From positions 39,308,001 through 39,372,000 of the forward strand of contig NC_059436.1 in the NCBI RefSeq assembly GCF_021028975.2: DNA of 64,000 bases, given 5' to 3'. Numbering within the stretch: position 1 is the stretch's first letter; each line of letters begins with the position of its first letter. Shown here in pieces: positions 24,001 through 36,000 of the stretch. The position numbers and the translations under genes are program-made. This DNA is from Sphaerodactylus townsendi. Taxonomy: Eukaryota. Under the pieces are notes generated by a model that saw only the letters and a list, made by a program, of their open reading frames with translations, did not search any database and was not told the DNA's origin.

Positions 24001-27000
24001 ATTAACCATGATGATTTTGTAAAAAAATAATTACGCTTGGCCAGGTAATGTTTCAGAAAGCTCGCAACGTTTTCACAAATAAGGTCACAAGAACCATTGA
24101 GCAGAAAATTGGTAATAGATGACATATCAATATTTAACCTCTTGAGGGATGGATATACATGGAGCGAGGAGAATCATAGATAGGGCACTCTAAAAGTACA
24201 TGTTGGACAGTCTCAACCACAGCCATTTTACACTGGCATAGCCTATTCTCATAAGGGATATTATTATATAGGCCAAATGTCATGGCGTTAGGCAGAGCAT
24301 TGAAACGAGCTAGTGAGTATGCTCTGCATTGTTTGGGATCACTCAGGATATACAAATAATTAGCACAATAATCTGATGAGTCAATTTGCATTACGTACTG
24401 AAATGAAATGTTATAGATACAATGTATCTTTTTAAAATAAAATTTTTATTATTATTTTCCAAAATATATTAAACAGATCAGAAACAAAGAAATACTAGAA
24501 AATAGTTAAGATTAAAACATAGAAGATATCTACCCACAGTTATATTAAATGCACATTACATAATGGAACCCAATATGACAATTTCAAGTTACTAGAGAGG
24601 TCATTATAAGGTCTTAAATTTCTTGCCATTTGTCCATCAGCTCCAAAGCATTTTTACTAGTGCAATTATTATATCTTAGTCATTACCAATTTTCAATCCT
24701 TGAGTCATCTTGTTTTTACAGGATTGAGTCAGATTCATATAAAAAGTTGACCCCATTTCTCATCGAATTCATGTTTTGAACGTCGATTTACAAGATTGGT
24801 TAATTTTGCCATAATAGCATATTCTCTGTTTTATCTTCCCAACATTCTACTGTAAGACCTTTATCAAATTTCCAACTAGTTGCAATTGTTACTCTTGCAG
24901 CAGTTAGTAAATACCAACACAGTTCATTCAGTTTCTTGGAAAGCTTTTCCAGTAATATACCCAACAGCATCATTTTTGCAGTGAGAGGAAACTTAAATTT
25001 AATTATCTGTTGACTTGGGTATTTCTATCCAGAACTTCTTCATTTTTTAGATACAATGTATCCTTTTGCTTTTTATGAATTGTGGTAGGTAAGCTTCCTT
25101 TTTCTTCTCCTGGGTATAACGCTATTATGTAATGATTTGTATAATTATGTAATAATTAAAAAGAAATGTTATTTTAAAAATCAGATTCTACACCAGTGCA
25201 ATCCATGCAGAGTTAAGTACACGTATAGGATTGCCAGCCTTCAACAGGCGCTTGTTCTCTGCAGGAATAAGCAAGAGCAGGAATTGCAACACAAAGTCAG
25301 ATGTTGTAATCTGCTGATTGCTCAGTTGATCAAGGCTGCATTAAAGGCACAGCTATGAAAGCCGGTTGAAAAGTATTGTCGAAGGCTTTCCCGGCCGGAT
25401 TCAACTGGTTGCAATGGGTTTTCTGGGCTGTGTGGCCATGGTCTGGTGGATCTTGTTCCTAACGTTTCGCCTGCATCTGTGGCTGGCATCTTCAGAGGTG
25501 TATCACAAAGGCGCTGGCTCTGCCTCACTGGCAGGGAAGGGCTTGGAATGGGCTCTGCCTTGGCTGGCGGGACAGGACTTGGAGCTGGTTCTGTTGCCTG
25601 CAGTTCCTGGTCCACAGTGCTCTCAGGCTCCTCGTCAGATTCCTCATCTCCCAGTAACTGGCTCATAATACCGTGCTTGTAGTCACTAGCAGTGAATTCC
25701 ACAATGTAATTATTAATTGAGAAAATAATTATTTTCTTTTGTCTGTCCTGAATCTATTGTCCATCAACTTCCCTGGGTGTTCCTCAATGAGTAGTTTAGC
25801 TAGGAGATTATTGTTCGGCTTGATGATATTTGGCACGCGGGGCTCCACAAAGTTCTATTATGTCCGTTTCCTCACGTCTCATGAAACTATTGGGAGAGGT
25901 TATCATGTCTGGGGACCTTATTTTTTTAGTTTCCGAGCCTATGTCCCACTGAGATAACATTGTTGCCACTTAGCTTTTTAATCCCATTAGCCATGTTGGC
26001 GATATGCATATTCCCATGTAGCAGGAGGAATAGGCTAGGTTTGCTGTGTATTGTAATAGTCCTTCTGTTTTAATATGAGTGCTGTGCTTGAGCTCTGGAA
26101 AGGGTGAGTACATGGCCTTTAAAAGGAAGAACCAGGAAAATGCAGTGTAAAATCAGCAGCTCATTCAGAACGGTACAAATAAAAACGTGAAAGACTTGCA
26201 ACAATCCTCATCACTGATGTCACAGGCACCATTCAGTAGGTTTCCAGGACACTTGAACAAGGCAAGCCCCAGAACTTGTACTATACGTGCTTCCTGAGAT
26301 TTAAAGTACAGTTTTTCAGCAGTTGCTGTTCATTTGCATGATGAGGAACAGCAATTCCTGCAGGACAAAAGTATTGTTTTTGAAATCATCTGGCTGGAAT
26401 ACGGATGGTTACACATGCAGTGGTGGGATTCAAATAATTTAAAAACTGGTTCCGGTGGTGGGATTCAAATAATTTAACAACTGGTTGTGTACAAGCACCA
26501 TTTTAACAACCGGTTCTGCCGAAGTGGTGCGAACTTGCTGAATCCCACCACTGGCTACATGGCCACCCCTCCCCCTCCCCCTGCCCTCCAAACTAGAGGA
26601 TCTCTAAAGGCCCTTCACTAAAGCTTCAGTTTGATTCTTGTCTTATAGGTATGTCATTACTGCACCCAAAGTGATCCGCGCAGGAGCATCTGAGAAGGTG
26701 GTGATTCAAGCATTTGGATATGAGCAAGAGTTTTCAGTGACAATATCTATTAAAAGCTTTCCAGATAAACAAACAGCTTATGCCTCGGGTCAGATCCAAC
26801 TGACTCCCACCAATAAATTCCAAGGGTCTGTTACTTTAACGGTATGTATAAAGAATGTCTGATTCGTGTGTGCTCGATTTCGTTTTTTAAGTCTAAGTCC
26901 ATAATCTTATATACATCTATTTATTTACAATATTTATAAGAGCAGCAGTGGTGTAGGAGGTTAAGAGCAGGTGCATTCTAATCTGGAGGAACCGGGTTTG

Positions 27001-30000
27001 ATTCCCCGCTCTGCCGCCTGAGCTGTGGAGGCTTATCTGGGGAATTCAGATTAGCCTGTCCACTCCCACACATGCCAGCTGGGTGACCTTGGGCTAGTCA
27101 CAGTTCTTCTGAGCTCTCTCAGCCCCACCTACCTCACAGGGTGTTTGTTGTGAGGGGGGAAGGACAAGGAGATTGTAAGCCCCTTTGAGTCTCCTACAAG
27201 GAGAGAAAGGGGGGATATAAATCCAAACTCCTCCTCCTCCTCCTCCTCTTCTTCTTCTTCTTCTTCTTCTTCTTCTTCTTCTTCTTCTTCTTCTTCTTCT
27301 TCTTCTGAGCATTTCAGGGGCCAAGATGCATAAAAATGTATAAAAACAAATTTATAAAACAAACATTTGAAATAACCTAGAAACACTATATGCTGTCCCA
27401 CCACTAGGTATTCCCCCTTTACCCAGCCTAAAGCTGCCCCAAAGAACCCCCTGGAACAGCACTGTTTCACAATCTTGCTGGAATTCCAGGCAGGTAGGAA
27501 CACCCCAACCTTTCCCAGAAATTTATTCCAAATGCACAGAGACAACTCTACTTTATTTTTTGACAGGGGCAAAAATACAAAATGAAGCCCTCTGTTGTTA
27601 TGCAGCATGTTGTTATACAGCAGTGTGGGTGAACCTTTTCGAGACCGAGTGCCCAAACTGCAAAGCAAAACCCACTTATTTATCGCAAAGTGCCAACGCG
27701 GCAATTTAACCTGAATACTGAGGTTTTTGTTTAGAAAAAATGGTTGGCTCTGAGGCGTGCGTTACTCGGGAGTAAGCTTGGTGGTAGTTGTTGGCCTTGC
27801 TTTGAAGCAACCATGCAACTCTTCCAACGGGTGAATCACAACCCTAGGAGGGTTTACTCAGAAGCAAGCCCCATTGCCAGCAACTGAGCTTACTCCTAGG
27901 TAAATGATCGTGCTTTAGTTCTTTGCATGAAAATCAGCGGGGTTTAACAGCGCTTAACAGGGTTACCCATACTGCTTCTCCAAAACTAGGTCTTAGGTTT
28001 AATGCAAATAATTGAGCCCAGCGGCCCAGGCCAGCCTAAATGTGTGTGTGTGGGGGGGGTGATTCCCCCCCCACATGATGAACTCTGTTTGTGCATGCCC
28101 GCAGAGAGAGCTCTGAGTGCCACCTCTGGCACCCGTGCCATAGGTTCGCCATCACTGTTATACGGCATCATGTAGGGAGAGGCACTACTTAGGTATGTGA
28201 GCATTGGGCTGACAAGGGCTTTAAAGGTACGCACCAATATCTTGAATTAGGAAGCAACATACTTGGGAATTTCTAATAAACACACTGAGATTTACTTCCT
28301 GGCATAAACACGCTCGGGAACAGACTACACAGCTAGAGAAGGCATCACCAATGTGGTATGGCTGCTGCCAAGAAATCACTTTCCTCCTGCTTTAGGTTCC
28401 ATGTTGCAGCAGCAGCATCATATGCAAATCCTAGATGTGTGAGGCTTCCAGATTGCCTGGGTACTTTCTACATCAGTGTTCCCACACCACTGGAGACCCT
28501 ATTCCTGGCATAGGAGATATCAGAGGCGTATCTAGGGAAAATGTAGCCCAGTGCAAAATCTGAGTTTTCTGCCCCTCCTCCCCACCCCACCCCCACCCCC
28601 CAGTATGGGCGGCCGCCCTCCCCCATCATGACCAAACATTTTTTTCTGGCAGTGAGGAGTGTGGGGGGCGATTTCCCCCCATCCACGTGACTAAATGGCC
28701 ATAGCCCGGGGATATTTGACCCCATACGTCTCCCTGGACAGTATGCCCCTGGGAGGTAACCATGTAATCCTGAAGCCACCCTGAGGTTTTTGAAGAAGGG
28801 ACAAGTTAAAAATGTGCTGAAGGATGGATGTGTGATCAGCCATCGTAGCATATGGACAAGGCCATGAAAACCTATTTGGACCAGGTCATGTGTTCACTGT
28901 TGATATGCACATTTGAAGCTTTAAGAATTAATTCTGAGCATGCCTTTTTTAAAAGTCACATATTACATGTTATTTATCAGTATTAATCCAGAGAGATTAC
29001 TGTTTGCTGGTTTTTTTTAAAAAACAAAACCAATTCCTTCCATTTCCAGATTCAGCCAAAGGATTTAGGAAGCACAGACTCAAGGAATTTAGTTACATCC
29101 GGGTATCTGGAAGCTGTTTCTCCGCACTTTACAAGGGAGAAGAAAATGAGTGTTTCATATGAAAACGGATTTCTCTTCATTCAGACTGACAAACCTGTTT
29201 ATACTCCAGATCAGTCAGGTGAACCCACCTTTTTTAATTCTGCAAAATATGCAGTCATAATTCTGCCTTCCTGAATATTTTAAAAAAATACTTTGCTTCG
29301 GGTTGGGGGGATTCTATGAACTGGTATAATAAAGTATAAGAGTGAGTTGTGAGTCAGAAAAAACTTAGTTCAAAAGTCGCTTAGCCATGTGGCCAGACAG
29401 GCCAGTATTTCTTGGTCCCAAAGTGGAATTAACAACTCTGGCCTGGCGGAGTTTGCTGGGCAAACAAACTATGATTGTGTAGTGTGTTAATTGACTTCAA
29501 CCATATATGAAATGAGAGAGCGTGCCAACAGAAGGCATGTCTACAAAGTGGCAGACCATAGTTTGGTGTTGCATCTGAATCAAACCAATCTCTGTGTAGT
29601 GTTTTTTATCACCCAACCAATGCTTTTTACTTGCAGTCATAATTAGCATAATGCTATTCATAATTTTGTGGCTCACAGATTACTTTACAGTATATTTTTG
29701 TCTCACTCAAAACACTACCTGAGCCTTGTGAAATAGGTCTTTGTATCTTTTACAATATTTCAATTTTTGTCAAGAGATTTAGTAATTCAGTAATTAATAC
29801 CTTCTAGTACGTATGTACATGATTGATCAATTGCCGTATATACTTGTGTATAAGTCGACCCAAATATAAGTCAAGGCACCTAATTTTACCACAAAAAACT
29901 GGGAAAACTTATTGACTTGAGTTTAAGTCTAGGGTGGGAAATGCAGCAGCTATTAGTAAATTTCAAAAATAAAAATAGATACGGTTGGGCGCTATTTGGG

Positions 30001-33000
30001 GGTCTCTGCCACTGACCCCCCATCTCACCAGCCCCCATGTCTTTGCCACCGACCTCTCCATCCCGCAGCTTGTCCAACTCACCCAGGTCGACTGGCTGTC
30101 ACCCACCAAGAGCCAGGGACTGGCCGCCGCTGATAAGAAGGCAGAGGCAGAGAAAGTGGCTGAAAGAGGGGAGGCAGAGAAGAAGGCAGAGGAGAGCGAA
30201 GCAGAGGAGGCTGAGAAAGTGGCTGAAAGGGGGGAGGCAGGGAAGAAGGCAGAAGAGAGTGAAGCAGAGGAGTCTGAGAAAGTGGCTGAAAGGGGGGAGG
30301 CAGGGAAGAAGGAAGAGGAGAGTGAAGCAGAGGCAGAGAAAGCAGCTGAAAGGGGAAAGGCAGAGAAGGCAGGAGAGAGCGAAGACAGGAGAGGGGGAAC
30401 GCCACACAAGAATTAAGTGGGACCCTCACTCGCTGAAAACATGGTTCAAGCCGGGAATGAGGGATGCTAGCTGGGTCCAGAGCTTGCAAAGCAGCTCAAA
30501 AAAATCAGAAATGAAAATACCTACAACACTGGATAAAGATGCATTTTGAACAGCACTTTCTAGAAGGTCAACATCAGAGAACTGACTTAGAGGCATTTTT
30601 ATGAGTGATAATTTGTTCAGCTTGGCCTCCAATCAGACTAGAAGCTGATTTTTTCCTATTAATGCTGGGGGGGAGGGTTGTTGCTATTTTATAGTACTTT
30701 TTAAGGGAGCTGAAGGTGGTAAAAAGAGTAATTGGGAATTTCCTGTGATATTTGGCTGTCCTGCTTTTGCCTCCAGTTGAAGATTTTGCAGGTTTTTGAA
30801 GCACTGTAAAACCTGCTTATTAGAGGCAGTCGCACAACAGACAGCAATCCTGTTTATCACCTTCACTCTTGCACCTGATCTGTTTCCCCAAGTTGTGAAA
30901 AATAGCAGGAGCAGCACTTACCTGGGCTGGTTCCCAACAGAAGAATAGTAGCATCTACTGGGAGAGATACAGTTGGGGAGAAAATGAGTCAGAAGCGGGT
31001 GGGTCTTCAACAGCTCCTTCCCTTGATGTGTTTTAAGTGGGCTTCCTGCCCCCTCCCTCGAATCCTGGCATGATCTGTATTTTGTGGAGAGAGTAGCATG
31101 GTGCGGTGGTTAAGGTATCAGACCAGAATCTGGAAAACTCCGCTTCGAATCCTCACTTAGCCGTGGAAACGTGCTGAGGGACCTTGTGCCAATCATACGC
31201 TCTCAGCCTATACCCTGGCAAATATTTGGATGGGAGACCTCCATGGAATACTAGGGGCATGATCCAAAACCAGGCAAAAGCAAACAACCTCTGAATGCGT
31301 CTTGTTTTTAAAATCCTATGGGGTTGCCATAAGTCAGTTGTGAGTTGATAACAAAACAAACATGCACAATCAAATGTTGTGCTCGCTCTAGCATCCATTA
31401 GATCTTCCCGACAATCGACTGAAATGGGTTAGGTTGACAGAGGGTAATGATGAAGATCCATCAGTGAGCTTCATGGCTGAGCAACAGATTTGAAACTGGG
31501 GTTTTACTACATAATACCAGTTGTTATTTCTATTCTACAATCGTGGCAAAATGAAGTTTGATGAGTAACACTTGAAAGTTGCCAAAAACCGTCAACTGAT
31601 TTGCTTATGATTCCATTTACCTAAATGCAACACAATTCTCTTTTACTGTTGTTTAGAAATGTGCTGGGTGAACCCTGTGTTGCACAACTGTACCAGTTTG
31701 ATAAACCAAAAGTATTTTTCCTGTCTCCAGATAATAAAGTCCAGTAGGAATGTGTTTGGACTACAGTTACCTACCTGATCTTTACTTTTGTATTTTAAAT
31801 TATTTTTCCAGTGAAGGTTAGGCTTTACTCTTTAAATGAAGAACTGAGGCCAGCGCGAAGGTCAGCCCAATTAACTTTTGTGGTGAGTACAACCAAAGAG
31901 AATCAAACTGTTTTTCCAGCAAGGTGTGGTGTAGTTTTGATTAGTGGTTGAAGAGTTAAGGCCTTGCACCTTCCCCTTATGATTCTGATCTAACCTGTAA
32001 CTGGCAGGTCATCTTTACAGACCAGTGGAGATTCATGATGCTCATCTAACTTCTTTTTTTTTTAGAATATAGAAATAATAGGTGGAAGTACTCAAAAGTG
32101 GCCATAATTTCCTGGAAATCTATTGTTGTAATCCTGAAAGTTAGCCCTTTGGACAGGTGGAAATATGAAACAATCTTGTTTGTTATGATTTTTTTGTTTA
32201 CTTGTAATCCAGTAGTATCACCATTAGTGAAACCCCTAGAAAAACCCCACCTTACCTGGCAGGAGGAACACCACGATCACAAAGGTGGTTTTCCCAATGT
32301 GATGGTCACCCATTGATCTCTGAGTGTGCGGAAAGGGCCAATGGATGTTGTGGTGTAATAAGTTTGATTTTATTTCTTCTTTTTTAAAAAATAAAGGATC
32401 CAGAAGGAGTAGAAGTGGACATTATAAAAGAAGATGACTTTACTGGAGTTATATCATTCCCTGACTTCAAAATTCCACCATACCCTAAGTAGATCTATTA
32501 CTATTTTAAATATTGCTAGCTAAGGCCTTTGGTGTTTTTTTCTTGTTTTGTTTTTTTTTTGCATATCATTATGTTTAGTTTGATTAGGTTTAAAATCTTT
32601 TGTATATCCCATATCCAACTGTGTGGATTTAAGTACCGGCCTCATTAATGCAGTCTATTTGTACAGGTACGATCAGCCAATATTCTTGAGCCCCAAAAGA
32701 TTGGAAGGTATTGGACATAGCAAAAACCTACTGGATAATCTTTTTGGAATTAAGGATACCATTTTGATCTTAGGAGCAAAACATTAGATATCTCTGTGGA
32801 ATATGCAGAAGGATTGTCATTACCCCCAGTTGGTACCTATGTATGGTTGCTCCAAGTGGGACCTGAATATCAACCAGAATTACAACTGATCTCTGGAGTA
32901 TAGAGATCAGTTTCCCTGGAGAAAATGACTGCTTCGGAGGATGGATTGTGTGGCATTATATCCCTCCACAAACCCTGCTTTCCCCGGGCTCAAAATCTCC

Positions 33001-36000
33001 CACTTGCCAATCTGAAGTTAGCAAATCTATACTGATAGCTATTTCAGGGGTGTCCAACTCTGGCGCCCCAGATGTTCGTGGATTATGATTCCCATCAGCT
33101 CCTGCCAGCATGGCCAATTGGCAGGGGCTGATGAGAATTGTAGTCCATGAATATCTGGGGGGACAGAGTTGGACACCTCTGGGCTATTGAAATAGTGTTC
33201 TATTTCAGGCAAGATCAGTTCTTCTTTGAGCTGGCTTCTGAGCAAAACAGGCATAAGTTATTTTGAGATTATTCAAACAAAGGTGTCTGCTACATCTCTC
33301 AGGGCCAAGCAAAGCACCATCTGTTTGATACTGAGGATTTACTAGAGCTATCGTCACCAGTTATGCCAAAAGGCTACTCTTTCCTTCTTTGCTGAGGACA
33401 TTCGGATTCCATGTCACCTGCAAAAGCACCTCAGCTGCTGAAAAAGCCTATTGCATGTCGTCCTTTGGAGAAAGTGGGGTCTACTGGAAATGAGAGCCCA
33501 GTGGAAAAGAAACCCAATTATCTTGCCTATATCTGCCCAACCTCACATCACTATAATAAACAGTAAAGGACAAGAACAGCTCAGATGCCAGTACACTCCT
33601 CATAGCTCACAAGGCAAAAGGCCTATCAAAATGAAAGGTCTGCAGGCATCCATCCTCAGCCAGTTTCTAGAGGCATTGTAATCCACGCACACCTAAGGTG
33701 GCCCATAACAAGAAGTGCAATATTCCTATTTAATCCTGTGGGGGGCACTAGAGGGTTGCTTGCAGATTGAGAGCCGGGAGCATAAACCATTTCCGCTGAA
33801 GGAACTTTTATAGATTTGAAAGCTGGTTTCACCCTGCTTGTGCTGCACTGTTGCTCCAGAAGCTTCAGACTCAACTGACTGTAGACCCCAGGCTTTTATG
33901 TCCCGAAAATCCTGCTTACAGACAGGAATAGTTACATAAACATTCATTTAATTTTATTTACTTTGTTTGTAGCCCTCCTTTCTCAAGGAAACTCAAGGTG
34001 GATTACGGTTCATGGTACAAAACAATGCAATCTTAATAAACGGTACAACAAGGCTAGGACCCGTGAAAATTAGATACAATGCAAAAAAATAATAATTAAA
34101 TACAATGCAAAAAAAAAATTTGCACCCCGGACATATATGTCAAAGTGTGCAGTGAATAGAACGGCAGAATTAGAGCACAATGTAGTAAGAACAGTGTAAT
34201 GCATACAATAAAACACAGACTACTTCCTTTATAATGAAATGGCACAGATTGGCAATTTCCTGTGCCATTTCATTGTGCTACAGCCTTGTTCCTTTTGTAA
34301 AAATGCCCTCCTGAACCATTTGCTTTTACATAGTTTGCAGAATGACAAAAGTGTGAGAACTTTCCTGACCTCCCCAGACAAGCTATTCTACAGGGTGGGG
34401 ACCATAACACAAAATTAAAATAGACTCTGATATGAGTCTTGTAAGAGATATTCTCTGGAAGGGTGAAGGTAGCATGTGGCCCACCTGTGGCTCACAGTAG
34501 GTTTTGTAGTCTGGAGTGATAGTATGCTGGGGGCATGTTGACCCCTGCCATTTTCAATGAAAGGTGTAGATCCTTTCCTACCCTACAGAAGCCCTCATAC
34601 AGGCCCGAGAGTTTATAAATATTTATAGCAAAGACTAATGAAGGAGGGAGATCTTATTCCAGCTTCCCCTTGCTCCAGATCTGCTCTCTTTCCATCCATC
34701 TTCTCTGTCTCTTCCTCCCATCCCATTCTCCCACTTGATATTTCTTCTTACATGCTCCTCAACCATACAGTTTCTCCTTCCTCCAGCCATTCACCCTACC
34801 TCCTTGTTTCCCCTGCCATTTCCTCTTCAGAGCTGCTTTTCTACTTGAAGCACCCATGGAGGCTTTCCTCCATTCTCTCCCCATTTCTGCTTCCCTTAGA
34901 CTCTTCTTTCTTTCTTTTCCCAGCAACCAAAATTCTGCGTTTTAGCTGTCCATTTTGTTTTCCACATCCCACCCTCCCACAAACTAGAGTTCCCTCAGCA
35001 TTTGCAGAAACCTGGACTTTAGCCATGGGTGAACTCATTCTATAGATTTCACTATCTGCATAGTGGCAGGGAAGACACATACACATGGCTATAGAGGCTG
35101 ATGATGAGACAGCATGTTGTATTTGCTAGAATGCTGACAGAAGGGTGTCTTGAGCTTAAATCCCATGAAGCCTTCTGTGATTTAAGGCTTCCTTTTACAT
35201 TAAAAAAAATTTAAATATCATTTTTCTTGTACAGATGCGGTATCTGGAAAATTAAAGCCCAGTATCAAAAGGACTTCACGACCACTGCTGAGGCAAAATT
35301 TCAAGTTAAAGAATATGGTAATGTGGATGCCATTCAAAATAATGATGTTTACATTGTCAGTAGACTAATCTGAACAATTTAATGAGACAACTGATATTTT
35401 CTGAACCGGCAACAAATAAAACTGTTGCTCTTGAAAAACTTAATCCTCCTATGGCAAAGAAGCTATGGCAAGTAGCTGAGTGTTTAATCCTTCCATCATT
35501 CTTCCTCTTCCTCTGCCTCTCCTCCTCACAATCACTGTTGGACACATGAAACTGGCTTATATCAGTTCCAACTATTAGTCCCTCAACTATTTATGTCAGG
35601 ATCTTCGGAGTTCTGCCACAGAGTCCCAGCCCCTCTCCAAGAAGTCTTCCCCCACTATATCTGCAAATATGTTCACCCTACTAGACATGAATCCAGGATC
35701 ATGTAAGGAGTAAGAAACCCATTTTCCTTTTTCCTAGTCACATGCTGTTCAAGCAGCGATGGAAAAAATCTGGGTTGCTTTCGTGCCTTCTCACAGAGAT
35801 GCTTCTCTTTTTTTAAAAAAAAAATAATTTCTTGTAACACATGCATAGTTGGCTTAGGCAAACAGGAATGAACTCCCGCAGCCATGCCGATTGTCCCACA
35901 ATATGATTGTCTGCACCTTCATAGCTGCACATGTGCAACATGCAACATTTAGGAAAAGGAAAAGGGACCTCCCTGCAATGGCAGGGCAATGATGAACATG

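Noticed and set aside
27094-27704. Poly-Arg and poly-Glu ORFs (also 45064-45294)
   Set aside because: Translations of SINE (CTT)n/(CCT)n tails.
32249-32332. Functional U1 snRNA gene
   Set aside because: Truncated before the Sm site, stem-loop II diverged, no snRNA promoter or 3' box seen.
34231-34276. 15-bp perfect hairpin as a pre-miRNA
   Set aside because: Stem too short, lies in a decayed LINE-like remnant, no other support.
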